This document shows, piece by piece, positions 36,950 to 50,019 of a stretch of DNA of 64,000 nt. The stretch is from positions 62,001-126,000 of the forward strand of contig NIVC01000763.1 of assembly GCA_002269645.1 (NCBI GenBank). The letters run 5' to 3'. Both the position numbers and the translations under genes were made by a program. Under the pieces are notes generated by a model. It saw only the letters and a program-made list of their open reading frames with translations, was not told the DNA's origin and ran no database searches. The DNA comes from Macrostomum lignano. Taxonomy: Eukaryota. How positions within the stretch are numbered: position 1 is the first letter of the stretch; every line of letters starts with the position of its first letter.

Positions 36950-37790
36950 GTTTAGTATCTGTGGTTTAAGCTCGAGTGAGTCAGAGTCGAGTTGGGGTTC
37001 GTTGTCTAAGTCTGAGTCTAAGTCTAAGCCTAAGTCTAAGCCTAAGTCTAAGTCTAAGCCTAAGTCTGAGTGAGTCAGAATCGAGTCTGAGTTGAGTCTG
37101 ACGTCTGAGTGAGTCAGAATCGGAGTCAGAGTCGAATCGGTGTTGAGCCCGAGGTCTGAGAGAGTCAGAGTTGAGCCCAAGGTCTGAGAGAGTCAGAGTT
37201 GAGCCCGAGGTCTGAGAGAGTCAGAGTTGAGCCCGAGGTCTGAGAGAGTCAGAGTTGAGCCCGAGGTCTGAGAGAGTCAGAGTTGAGCTTGAGGTCTGAG
37301 AGAGTCAGAGTTGAGCTTGAGGTCTGAGAGAGTCAGAGTTGAGCCCGAGGTCTGAGAGAGTCAGAGTTGAGCCCGAGGTCTGAGAGAGTCAGAGTTGAGC
37401 CCGAGGTCTGAGAGAGTCAGAGTTGAGCTTGAGGTCTGAGAGAGTCAGAGTTGAGCCCGAGGTCTGAGAGAGTCAGAGTTGAGTCCGAGGTCTGGGTGAG
37501 TCAGAGTCGAGTCGGAGTTGAGTTTGAGGTCTCAGTGAGTCAGAGTCGAGTCGGAGCTGAGTTTGAGGTCTCAGTGAGTCAGAGTCGAGTCGGAGTTGAG
37601 TTTGAGGTCTCAGTGAGTCAGAGTCGAGTCGGAGCTGAGTTTGAGGTCTCAGTGAGTCAGAGTCGAGTCGGAGTTGAGTTTGAGGTCTCAGTGAGTCAGA
37701 GTCGAGTCGGAGCTGAGTTTGAGGTCTCAGTGAGTCAGAGTCGAGTCGGAGTTGAGCCTGAGTCCAAGTCTGAGTGTAAATTGAGTACAC
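36950..37790. repeat. Compound minisatellite: 6-bp, 28-bp (GAGCCCGAGGTCTGAGAGAGTCAGAGTT) and 39-bp units
   Basis: Successive arrays sharing GAGTC/CTGAG motifs. Confidence 0.9.
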
Positions 37791-37989
37791 ACACGAGTCG
37801 ATTCTAAGTCATAACCGATTACCGGTTCTATCAATTTGGTCTTCTGTTCATGCAGTTTATTAGACACATTCACGACAGCCAAACGGTTAAACAATCTTCA
37901 TACCTGTAGTCAGCGATGCTTTTGGTATTTAATATTCAAAACGTGAATTTGCAGCAGTAACTACCTGCACTCTATTCAGCTGTTATGAA

Positions 37990-39121
37990 ATGGCGCAATC
38001 CGACAACGAACCAATTGTAATTGTGATTGACAGCCAGCCTGCTGATGATAATGAAGATCAGCTTATTAAGGCTGCGGCTTCGGGTCAACGCTCAGTGAAG
38101 TCGTGTAGCTGCCAGATCGACCATAGACGGTTCTGCGATCAGCTGATGGACGCACTTGACTATTCGGATGAAGAGTGCCAGATGGAAGATGCTGTTGATG
38201 GTGGAGGTGCTTGCGAAGCTGCTGCCTGTGATGAGGCAGCTGATGCGATCGATCAGCCCATAGAGATGCCAGGTATCAGATGGGTTGGGGAAGCGGGGAG
38301 TAGATTTGGGAATAGGGATCTTGGCCGCTAACCCCGTCAAGGGGCCGTCGCCCCCTCTTTCCCAAGACCCTGCAGCCGCTGTCGAGTCCGAGCTGATTCC
38401 TCTGGCCGACGCCCTCGCCCAGCTGCCGTCCTGGCCCGACCTGCCCGACCAGCGCCTGACCGCCGCCATCCTGCCATCGCTCGGTCGGGCGTTTTTCGAC
38501 TGTCGCCGCCACTCGCTGCCGCTTGACCGCCGCACCTCCGAGCTGCTCAGCGGCCTGGCTGCCGCTCGGCCCATCTGCCTCGCCGCCGGCCTCCTGCCCG
38601 CGGCGGCCGCCTCCGCTGCCGACGTGTGTCGCGTCAGCGTCGTCGGCGCCAGCGGCAACTGCGGAGCGGCCGCCGCGCTCCTCTGCGACCTGGCCACCGC
38701 GGCTGGCGCCATGCCGCAGCTGCTCGCCGCCCTGTGCCGCCAGCCGCCGCCGATGACCATCAACGACTTTGCCAGCTTTGAAGCCGGCTGGCTTCGACTG
38801 CTGCTCGCCTGTCTGGAAGGCGCCGAAGATGAGACGCCGACGCCGCGTCTTAGCGAGGATCTTCACCGTCTGCTAGTCGACCTGCGGCCTCGGTACGGTG
38901 CTGACGAACGGCTTCGACGAAGCGTCCCGCTGGCCAGGGCGCTGATGTCGCTGGCTGTCCAGCCGCGCTGGCTGCGTCTGCTCGACTCCCCGGCCAAGCG
39001 GCTGCTGCTGGCCGAGTTTTTGACCGAGAATTGCAGCCTGCTGCGCCGGAAGCTGGCCGGACTGCCGGCCAAGCTGCTGCCGGATGGAGGCGGCGCTGAG
39101 CTGACTGGGGTGAAGGTTTGA
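37990..39121 (+). CDS. Uncharacterised protein; predicted exons 37990-38272 and 38376-~39118 (may continue via further exons)
   Basis: Acidic first exon ending CCA G|GTATCA; phase-1 acceptor after a pyrimidine tract (CCCTGCAG|CC). GC-rich coding-like second exon encoding Leu/Ala-rich, helical-looking sequence. No family recognised. Confidence 0.6.
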
Positions 39122-39149
39122 GGACATTGTTGAGCTTGTGTGAGTAGGG

Positions 39150-39390
39150 GGTTGTTAAGTCTGAGTCCATTCTGAGTTGAATCAGTCCATTCTGAGTTGA
39201 ATCTGAGTCGATTCTGAGTTGAATCTGAGTCGATTCTGAGTTGAATCTGAGTCCATTCTGAGTTGAATCTGAGTCGATTCTGAGTTGAATCTGAGTCGAT
39301 TCTGAGTTGAATCTGATTCGATTCTAAGTTGAATCTGAGTCGATTCTGAGTTGAATCTGATTCGATTCTGAGTTGAATCTGAGTCGAGTC
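39150..39390. repeat. 22-bp minisatellite (CTGAGTTGAATCTGAGTCGATT)
   Basis: About 10 tandem units directly after the GC-rich exon. Confidence 0.95.
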
Positions 39391-40262
39391 TAAGTTTTTG
39401 AGTTCTAACAATTAGCTAATAATTTTAATACAATTATTTAATGGTCTGATTAAATTTTACACATTTTGCATTTCGCCAATTTGCGAATAACATATTGGAT
39501 TATGTCAAAACAGCTTCAAATTGTTAGCATTTCTTGTATAATTGGTTAATAAATTATTTAAAATTTAAGCATTTTTTAAATTATATTCTTGAATCAATCA
39601 GTTGTTTCAATTGTTTTTTTTATTTAATGGAACGTTGTTTTACCAGCATAAAAGACAGAGAATATCGCAAATAACTGTTTTTAAAGGGAAATTTAGACAA
39701 CTTTCTGAAATCCAGGACAAAGAAAAAATGAGGGAAATATTTCAAAGTTATTCTGCTTTTAAAGGAATGCAGAATTGGAAATGGAAAAAATTCAATAATT
39801 ATAACGACACTTCTGAAGGTATCTATCGATTCTTAGAGACTTAATTTTTTAAATTCCTAGAAACTATTTACGCTTACTAACTACTTGTATGAGTGACAGA
39901 CAGTAAAGCCCTGTGGGTATTCTGTGGGTATTCTGTGGGTATTCTGGACACAGAACTCTATTTCTACGCTTTCTGCTGGTTTTTAATGGAATTATCCATC
40001 TGATTTATAACGCGTAGAATGACCTTTCTGGCCACAGACATTGCGTTGACACTGTAATTTAAATGAGAAGTCTACTTTAAACTCTTCAGACTTATATTGA
40101 TAGTCTATAGCTACCATGTCGATACTCTTCATTCTTCAATTTTCAGACTGTACTTTCTAGATTGAATTTATGACAACATTCGGCAGAAAAAAGCAAACGT
40201 ACGACCAATAAAGGTACACTTGGACCAGCTACAAAGAAAAAGATGCAAGCATACGGCTGAAT

Positions 40263-41726
40263 TTAAGGTATGGACAGCTGCAGCAGTGACGACAGCTTTG
40301 ATGAAGGCATCGCGTTTGACTGCCTCAGCAGCAAATCCAGCGTCACTTCAGCCTCACTCTTCGGAGCGTTCGAATCCGTCTTTGTAAGTTGAACGTTCAG
40401 CTGGCGTCGGTAGCGTGCCTGAGCAGATGCTGCAGGGTTTGAAGCTTTTGCAACAAGTCTGCTTCCATGCCCTCTGCCCCTGCTCCTGCTTCTCCTGCTG
40501 GAGTGACAGCGGCAACGACAGCAGTATCTGCGACGACTTCTCCGACAAGTACCACGACGTTTCTCCTTGAAATCTTCTCTGGGTGGCGATCTCGATCTCC
40601 GGAATTCGTCCTCTAAAGTTCTTCCACGAGTTGCTGTTCTAGTTAGAGGCGTTGCATGCTTGCTGCGTCCGTCTTTTGATTTCATTGCCTCGCTAGATCC
40701 GCTGTCTATAGACATGGAGCTGGTGCGGTTGTTGCTGCTGGATCTGGAAGCCGGAGACTGACGTGATCTGTCTCTGGAGTACGTTTTGTCACCTGACGGT
40801 GGTGATAATCTGTCTCGAAATCTGATTGATCTCTCCATGGATCTATCTGTGGATGATGTTGAACTATCGCGACAACTATCCCTGTATGATGATGCTCTTT
40901 CATAAGATGTGTCACGGGTTCTGTCACTAGATGCTGACCATCTTTTTCTATATGTATCCCTAGATGACGATCTGTCGCAAGATGTGCTCGTACATCTTGA
41001 CTGCTCACGGGTTCGTTCTCGGGAGTGCAGATGTCTGCTTGATTGCAATCTTTTGAGGAAGCGTCTCCTCCGAACTGACGTTCGGTTCGTTGACCTTGAC
41101 GATTCGCTTGTTGATCCAGAATATTTGCCGCTGAAGCTGTTTTTAGAACTCGATCTGTGACTGAGAGTCTGGCTGTCTCCGCTAAAGCTGTCTTTGGAGA
41201 CCGATGGGGTTCTTCGAAATCTGCGTCGATGCCCAGCGTGAACACTTCGATCCGATGATCTTCCGGTCGACCTGCTTCGAGACTTTTTGCGACGCACAAC
41301 GCTACCTCGGGCGTGATCTCGCGATCCTTCCGAATCGCTTGATAGACTGCTCGAACTTTGCTGCGAGTAATCGTCGTTGCTTTGGCAGGGCTGCTTTTTC
41401 ATTTCGATACTTTTTGGATGTACTGCTGCCAGTGCAGACTTGCTTTGCTGGCTGACTCTGTTTGAGCTGCTCTGAGGAGAATATTTGACTTCAGAGCATT
41501 GACTAGTAGCTGCGCTGTTGCTGTCTGATCGGGAAGCTGCGGTCCCGACGGCTAGCTCGGTATAGTTAGAGCAGTTTTTGGAAGTAGTTGCTTCAAGCTT
41601 TATTGGTTGCTCGAACAGAGTTAAATCCTCTGTTGCAGCTCTAGCAGTGCTAAGTTTGTTAAAGACTACACCGCGATCAAGTAATCCTTTGTCAGCTGCC
41701 GCCTTCCATTGATCAAGAGCTGCCAT
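40263..41726 (-). CDS. Arg/Ser-rich low-complexity ORF, 487 aa, function unknown
   Basis: Long uninterrupted, non-tandem ORF in an AT-rich setting, with an RS/SR-rich central region. Start, splicing and origin (host or TE) are unresolved. Confidence 0.5.
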   Translation of the reverse strand: MAALDQWKAAADKGLLDRGVVFNKLSTARAATEDLTLFEQPIKLEATTSKNCSNYTELAVGTAASRSDSNSAATSQCSEVKYSPQSSSNRVSQQSKSALAAVHPKSIEMKKQPCQSNDDYSQQSSSSLSSDSEGSRDHARGSVVRRKKSRSRSTGRSSDRSVHAGHRRRFRRTPSVSKDSFSGDSQTLSHRSSSKNSFSGKYSGSTSESSRSTNRTSVRRRRFLKRLQSSRHLHSRERTREQSRCTSTSCDRSSSRDTYRKRWSASSDRTRDTSYERASSYRDSCRDSSTSSTDRSMERSIRFRDRLSPPSGDKTYSRDRSRQSPASRSSSNNRTSSMSIDSGSSEAMKSKDGRSKHATPLTRTATRGRTLEDEFRRSRSPPREDFKEKRRGTCRRSRRRYCCRCRCHSSRRSRSRGRGHGSRLVAKASNPAASAQARYRRQLNVQLTKTDSNAPKSEAEVTLDLLLRQSNAMPSSKLSSLLQLSIP

Positions 41727-44576
41727 GCCAACGGTTTTGCTCGTTCTTCGAAAGCTAGAACGTTTTCACTTTAACTTACGCTTGTACGTAACACGGGACT
41801 GCCTGAACTATACGCTCAGAAACTAACTGAAAAAACAGAGTCTACTCATGCCTTGTATAAGTTTTTTAGTCTATTCTTGGATTCGATTGGTTCGTAGAAT
41901 TTCCCTTTTTTCTGGTTATTCTTTAAAATAAAACGAGTCCAAAAAAGAAAATTTTACATTGCATATGAAAGCCAATTACATGTATACTTTGTACTAGAGT
42001 GTAATGGTTGCATGTAAATGTACTAATTTTATGGTCTTTCAATGGATAGCAATGAGCTCTGAATTCAAAGTCTAAAATAACCGTAGAGGGAACTTGAGCA
42101 AAGAGGCCAGACATTCATATGCTTGTAGCAACAAGAGCGTTAAACCGGGGTGTGGGTGGGGACAGTGGGGGGCATGTCCCTCCCAGTAAAAAAAGCTATG
42201 GGGACAGACCAACAATACAAGCTTTGTACGTATCTCCCGCTCCACCTTTGTGACCCGTTATGGAAATCCAATAATTTTGCTTCAGGGCGCCAAAAATAGC
42301 GCATTCGGCGCCAAAATGAAGGCATGCGGTGCCAACTGCTGACAACACCGAAAATACTGGAATTTAGTTATATAGAATTCCTGGCTTTTCCCCCCACAAT
42401 AAAATCTATGGTGACGCCCCTGTGAATTGTAGCCATGCATATATTTGTACAAGGACATTTACTCTCGTACATGTGTTACAATATTAATGCATTGTACGAC
42501 GAGTGCGGATGGTTTTTATAATGCAGATCATCCGAATCGTGACAACTTTAAATTACCTAACCCTCTGTTGCTATAAACCCATGCACAAAGCAAATTACCG
42601 CAATACGATAATTGCTGCACTAAATGCATGCACATACCAGCAGTTTTATTAGCTACTGCTGCAGTTACTTGGTGTTCATGCTTCGAAAAATTTCATATAA
42701 AAATCTTGAATTAGTTATAAGGACGTCAAACCGAAGACTTCATTAACTCAGTTGTTATATGCGCAAATTACTTTTATGCTCGTGTGCATAAATATTCTGA
42801 TCTCAATTAAAATTTACATGCAAGTCAAGTAGGTACGTGCGCTGCTTGAAAACGGCAACTTACATGTAATTAAGAAACTGATCGCCATGCGCAAGTCCAA
42901 CACAGCAATAAAAGTCGGTAACCCCTAATAAATAAACGTCAAGACTTCCAGATGTTTGTTAAGAACTTGAGTGTATTTATTGTGGGCTGCAAGGTGAAAA
43001 AAATTAAATAGTTCATTAGTTCCTTGTAAAATTAAACCACAAGTACAGAAATTAATGCAGTACTCGAGCAAAATTCACCAAGAGTCAAATGAGCAAACCA
43101 TGCAAAACTGAGACATCATGGTCTAAAAAATTTGTAGTAGCTTCTACGTGTATAAATTGCAAATGCAACACTTCAACATACGAAACAGTACACGAGATTG
43201 CAACTTTTCATGCTTCGAATCTGATAAGCTGAAGCTGCTGCTCATGTGTGATTCTTAAAAACTGCTTCACCGGAAAATGATTAAAGCTAAACAAAAATAT
43301 TTCAGTTTCTTCTCGTTTAACAATTTTTACTATTACATTTTAATGAAATCCTTAATAAAACAGCTGCCAAAAAAGTTTATTGCCTTTTACTCTTCTACTA
43401 TTATTTATATACACAAGTTTATTACACGTTTTTAACTGTCGTGTTAACACGTGTCAAATTAATTAAATGCATATTTTAATTTTTTGTTTCAGTTTCGTTT
43501 TTACAAAAATCACTGCCGTAACTATCACATTGTCTTCAGGCATTACAGCTGAAGACAAATCAAAAGAGGAAGTTGTATTTTATGGCTTTGGATTACATGC
43601 AAATATGCATTTATTCTTATTAATTGTTTGTTTACTTAGTTATATCATTATATATATGTAATGGTACTGACTAACTAATAGGCATAGGTATGACATTCAG
43701 ACATCACATGACAATGACATGAGCATTAAAAAAACTTTGGTAAATAACAGTCCTAGAATTAAGAATTCCTGCAATCCTAGTGCTCTACAAATACAATCAT
43801 AGGTTCATCAACAACTCCTAAAAATATTGGGTTCAAAAACTTAAAGTAGGCCCTAAATCAAATGAAGTTTAAAAATTTATCCATTGTATTTAGTAACAAC
43901 AACAAGTAAGTAATTTTTCTTAGGCATAGTGTATGCCTATATTTATAAGCAACATAGGCTTAGTCCAGAATCTAGATCATGCTTGGTATATTAATAATAT
44001 AGGCCTAGGCCTACTAGAATGTAGCAAATGTCCCAGACCAAATTTATACATGCATAGGCCTACCAATACCAAAAAAATAGCCAGGAGGGGAGATTGTATA
44101 CCAATAGACCAGGAAGGTGAGGGGAGATTGTGCATCTTTCATAAGCAATCATATATAATATGCATATATACTAGTATACTATGATATATATACTGCATAG
44201 CAATCCTATAATATATCACTACAAATAAACTACTATATATTTTTTTCATTTGCATAGGCTACCTCCTAACCTCCTATTGCATAGGAGTTTTTAAAATGCA
44301 TCCCAGAAAATTCTGGCATAGGCTTAAATAACATCTTTTGGTTTCTAGAGTATGGTAGGCCCTATAAGCTTAATCTATAATTGAAATAGTGCCTAACCAA
44401 AAATATACTAGTTTGTTTATATAGAGTCTATTGTAATGATTAAAACTTTTTAGGCTTTTTTTTCCTAAGAGTATTATAATTGGCTATTATTATTATTATT
44501 TTGAGTCATACATAGGTTTAGCAAAACCCTATCCCATAGTTAATATGACCTTTGTCATAAAAAATTCTAGCATATA

Positions 44577-46292
44577 CAGTGGTACACAATAAATTAAGAC
44601 CAAACCAACTAACACAAATTTGAACTTTTAACTTTATAACCTATACAGATTGCGGGAGCATGTTGATCTAATCAGATATAGATAACCAAGGTATCAATCA
44701 ATTAAATCAGTGATGTGTTGGGTCACTACACGCAATTGAGTATACTTAATTGGAGTCCCTTGTCTCACTTTCGAATTTGATAAGTCACACAATTATAAGA
44801 CCATTTAATTAATTGGGCTATAAGGTGCTACAAAAGTGTCCCCGCTAATTCTAAAAGTCTAAAACATCTAATTAAATACTATTCTAAGCAAAAAGTTATC
44901 TCGAACTCTTCAAAAATAGGAAAAGGCAGAGCTCCATTGCCTGATTCATGTAGGAAAATCAAGGCCCTGTTTGACCAAGGAGTTTCCAAGTATGCCATAG
45001 CCATGCAGCTAAGAAAGTAAAAAATGTCTGCCTAGCAAGCCTTCAAGCCCCTTAGTAGCACTGGCAGCATAGGTTGTACCCCAAGACTTAGCAGGGCACT
45101 GAAAACTAACCTCCAACTGGATTGCCACATTGTGCGAATGCCCAAGTCCAACCATTGGCTCATTGCTATGGACATCAGCCATGAACTTTGGTATCTAGTG
45201 GTGTTCAGCTGCACCCCATGACTGTCTGCCAATGGTAGCTGTTGGTCTACATGGCCACATTGCTAGGAAGAGGCCATTTATCTCCAACAAGAACTAGAAG
45301 TGGCATTTGAACTGGGCAAAGCAGCATGCAAGCTGGACACCTCAGGACTAGGCCAAGACCATCAGGAGTGACGAGAGCAAATTTTTCTGCACTGGTTCTG
45401 ATGGCTGCTAGTATGTGCACCACTGAGCTGATGAGGAATTTGATCCCAGATGCACTGTTGGTACCATGAAGCATGGAGGTAACAATGTCATAGTATGGGC
45501 TATGTTCTCCAGAGCTAGACCTAGGCCAATAACTTGTATTGAAGGCATCATGGACAGTCAGAAGTACTGTGACATCCTTAGCAGCCACCTACCAAAGGCA
45601 GCAGATGCGCCGCTAGTGAGTCTAGTACACAGCTGGCAGTTTCAGCTAGACAACAATCCAAAGCACACCTTCAAGGTTTTGAAGGTATGGCTTGCTAATA
45701 ACAACATCCACACCATAGACTAGCTAGCACATTCACCAGACCTCAATCCGATTGAGAATCTGTGGAACTAGGTCAAGTGGGACATCTAGAGGCAGCAACC
45801 AGCTTCTATTGGTCAGCTATACTGTGTCATTAAAGACTCGTGGGCTTCTATCGCAGAAGAAGTGTGCCAGGAGCTAGTGGACAGTATGCCTAGGCAGTGC
45901 AATGCTGTGATTTAGTCAAAAAGACATGCTACAAAGTATTAGAGTAGATAGTTTGGTATTAGTAATGTAGTGATGTTTGCTTTATTTATTTCCCTAGTAT
46001 TTATCTATGGTCTTATTTCAATGTTAAACCTAAAACTTGTTGATCTATGTTGTCATTTTTTCTAGCAGACTTTTGATACTATCGATACCAACTAGCTGGC
46101 TTTGATTTAAAGAAGTTTTGAGCCTTTTGAACTTAAACCTGCTGGAAATTGAACAAAAATACCATACAAATAACAAAAATTAATATTCCTACAAGCTTCA
46201 CTTCCAATTTAGTACTTGAATTTAGCTTAAAGACCAGTATGGCAAAGATAAAATAATTTTACTTAGTAGTCTTAATTCATTGTATGCCATAG
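44577..46292 (+). mobile_element. Decayed Tc1-family transposon (DD34E), IR-DR type ends
   Basis: TA|CAGTGGTACACAATAAATTAAGAC left end and degenerate GTCTTAATTCATTGTATGCCATAG|TA right end. Transposase remnants RSDESKF, QLDNNPKHT and HSPDLNPIENLW carry stops and frameshifts. Confidence 0.88.
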
Positions 46293-47505
46293 TATAAGGG
46301 TTCCCTTGCATACTTAGTATATATTCATAGTATACATTGATATAGCTAGGTCTAGCGTATGCAGCATACAACTTTGCTTGTTTAAGTCAAAGTAATGTTT
46401 AATAGTTAGGCCTACTAAAAAGTTTTCATTTGTCTCTTTAACTTGTATTTTTTATGTTTCAATTCAAAATAGGCTTATTTTAGAATTTTTTTAAGACCAT
46501 TTGTTAATCCCAAAATTTGTACAAAAATATTAAGAAAATAAGGCAAAAAAATAAAATAAAAAGAATAGATATGACTAACAAATAATGTATAACAAGAAAA
46601 TGTTTGTCAAGCATTTTTAAAAGTATTTACATATAGCTTAACATTATAATAGTGATTTATTCAGTAGGGCCTAGAGGTTTCTAAATGGATTTTAAAAACC
46701 TCTAGGTCCCTAAAAGATCCCTAGGACAAATCAGTCCTAGGGATCCACAAAATTTAAATGATAGTTAAAAGCAACATGATTCACAAGTTATTTATAGGCT
46801 TGCTAGCTGTTGGTTAAAATGTATGTCCTAGCAAATACATAGACCTAGCAAATTAGGATAGGCAGCATGGTCACAATTATGTAGTCCTCAATAGCTACTA
46901 TCATACATTATCTTGTGCTTTATTCTACTATCCCAAGAGCTTACTGGTCAGTCACTAGGAAATTTCCTATTCTAGGAATATAGCATAAGATTATTGATTA
47001 GGTGATATTTAAAAAAAACTATATACAAAAAGCCTGATTTTGCATGACAAGGTTTTGTTATTGTTAATAGTAGAAAAATCATAACCATAGGACAAAAAAA
47101 GATAAAAAATAGCTATAAGTATAGTCTATAGGATAATAAAAATGTTTGTTATAATAATTTATTGAATATGTTTATTAAAGAGCTCAAATTGTATAAAACA
47201 ATTCATGCCAACTTCAATGTCAATTTACTAAGTGCTTTTTTATTCCTGAAGATATAGCTCTTGGCTCCTGGATATAGAATTCTAGTATTTTTTATTTGGT
47301 ATAATTTTATTAGAAAACTAATTACAAGTTAACTAAAATTGTGTCCTTAGATAGAAAATAGTTCCAGTTTTTATTGCAGTTGAACAATAAAGTTCATGAT
47401 GCTAAATCTTAGATATATATTATTGCATCTAAAGTTTTGCTTTTGCTAAAGAAAAATTTCCTTGTCCACTTAATACAAGGGTTGTGTCATAATTTCACTG
47501 ACAAA

Positions 47506-47528
47506 TCTCTAACTATAAAAATCAAAAC

Positions 47529-47561
<33 letters not shown>

Positions 47562-49410
47562 GTGTGGACAATTTTGATCGCTATGGACTCCCAAACCGCT
47601 CAACCAAATGACACCAAATTTTACACCCACCCTAAACTCACTACGGAGAATGTCTTAGGCTACCTTTAAATTTCCTAAATTTGAGTCTTCCTACCTAAAA
47701 GTGCAAAAAACTGCTCAAAATGCGCGATTTTTTTACTAAAGCCTCCTTAGCGCCGCTCCACTTCTACCGATCCTCTTCAAATTTGACACAATCAATTTTC
47801 AACTATTTTGACACAATCGTGTAAAATTTCGAGCCTCAAAGTTAATCCTGAACGGCGCTGTGCACTTTTAAATTTTGGCTGTTTTTTTCAGCGAGACAGC
47901 CACCCCAACCTCCGCCCGCCTGCCTCTTTCCCGATCTGGGCAAAGGGTGTAAATGGGTTTTAAAATGACTAACTTTCGGCTGCCATAAGTTTGCTCCACG
48001 TGAAGCGATTGACTTCTAACTTAACACAATTCTTCTTTGATTCATTCTCTGTCTAAATGTAAAGTCTCAACTCTGTAACTCAATCAGAACAGAAACTGTA
48101 AGCATGTAAAGTTTGTCTGCTTTTTCTGTTGTTTGTGCCACTCACTCACTCATTCCCCATGAAGACGAAGGGTCCGGCGATAGGACTGAATGTACATAGC
48201 AAATGTACAGTGTTTTGGAATAACTTTATTTATAGCCTTCTCTGCACCCCGAGAGTGGAGAGGCTACGTTTAGCCATAACAGTTTAGTGAGAAATTCTAA
48301 CCACTGCCCTCTGTATAGGCAAACTCTGCAGCAGTTTAACAGTGGATGGCAATGGCAAATCAAGGTAATTCAGCATGGTTTGTAAAAGCGAAAGATTTAT
48401 GAAAAAGCGATGCAATGCAATACAACCCTACTAAATTAGACACACCATGGAAATTTATGTTTTCTCTTAAAGGTACTTTAAAATTTAAATGGTCTCCTAA
48501 GAAATGCGTATTTCCTTGGTTGTTAGACCGATGAAGACTGCAGTGGAGCTGAAGATACACAAATTCCTTTCAGGGCTGCAAATTGGCAAGAAAGATGACG
48601 TGATCAAAGCATGAGAACAACCATGAGAGTACTACATCCCACAAACTGGCTTTCCAAGCAGGGATGGGCATACTTTTACCTCAAAGGCCAGATAAAGAAT
48701 CCAGCTCATAGCTGAGGGGCAGATGAAAGTGGAAAGAAGAACGAATAGACGATTCGAAGAGAGGAGAGGCGACAGAGCGGATAAAAGAAAAGATAAAAGA
48801 TAATAGGAGAGATAAGGGGGTGAGGACGATGAGAGAGAGGGGAGAAGAGGGGAGAGAGGAAAAGCGAGAGGAGAGATGAGAGATGAGAGAGCAGAGAGCT
48901 GCAGATGAGAGGAGAGAGGAGACAGCAGAGAGGAAACAGGTGAAAGAAGAGATGAGAGAGTAAAGGGAAGAGAGAAGAGATAAAGATACATCTCTACATC
49001 TCTAAGGTTTTAGAGATGAGAGAAGTGGAAGGAGAGATGAGAAATGAGAGATGAGAGATAACGGAGAGAGGAGAGTGGAGTGAGAGAAGAGAGGGAGACA
49101 GAGTATAGAAAAGGGAAGAGAAGAAAAAAGAAGAAAGGAGAAAGGAAAGTGAGGAGTCAAAAGAGGGGAAAGAAAAGAGTACAGAGGAGAGAGGTGAGAG
49201 AATATATAAGACAGAGATGCCAGATTAAAGAGGGGGATGAGAGAGCAGAGACGAGAGTGAACAGATAAAAAATGGGAGAGTAGAGAGAACAGAGGAGAGG
49301 TTACAGAGACGAGAGGAGAGAGGAGAGACAAAGGTAGAGAAGTGAGTGAGAAGAGAGGAGAGGAAAGAGGAGAATGGAGAGGGGAGAGAGTAGAGAGAGG
49401 AGGGGAGATA

Positions 49411-49467
<57 letters not shown>

Positions 49468-49490
49468 AGCAGAGAGAAATGAGAAGAGAT

Positions 49491-49588
<98 letters not shown>

Positions 49589-50019
49589 AGGGGGAGCAGA
49601 GAGAAATGAGAAGAGATAAGAGAGAAAAGATAAAAGAAGAGAAAGGAAAGATGAGAGAGCAAAAACGAGAGAGAAAAGAGGTAAGGGAAGAGACGAGAGA
49701 AGAGAGGAGAGAGTAGAGAGTAGAGGAGAGAGTTAAGAGAAGAGAGAAAAGAATAGAAAGGAGAATGAAGATCAGAGAGAAGACGGGGTGAGAGGAGAGA
49801 GAAGAGGAGAGAGGAGAGGAGAGAGAAAAGAAGAGACAAGAGATGAGATAAGAGAGAATGAAGAGAAGAGAGATGAGGGAAGATACGAGAGAAGAGGGGA
49901 GAGAGGAGAGAGGAGAGACGAGGGACGAGAGAGATGGCCTTAGATTTCAGAATACATGCAAAAGTAGTTCCGGGTATTGGAATTCCCCGGGTTCAAAATC
50001 CGCGGGTTTCAACAGCTTG
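47506..50019 (+). mobile_element. Helitron family B, copy 2
   Basis: A|TCTCTAACTATAAAAATC...CAACAGCTTG, fused directly to copy 3; has an internal deletion near 49930. Confidence 0.85.

Noticed and set aside
42141-42422. hAT-like MITE ending GTGACGCCCCTG
   Set aside because: A matching left TIR and TSD could not be confirmed, so it is not listed as a feature.
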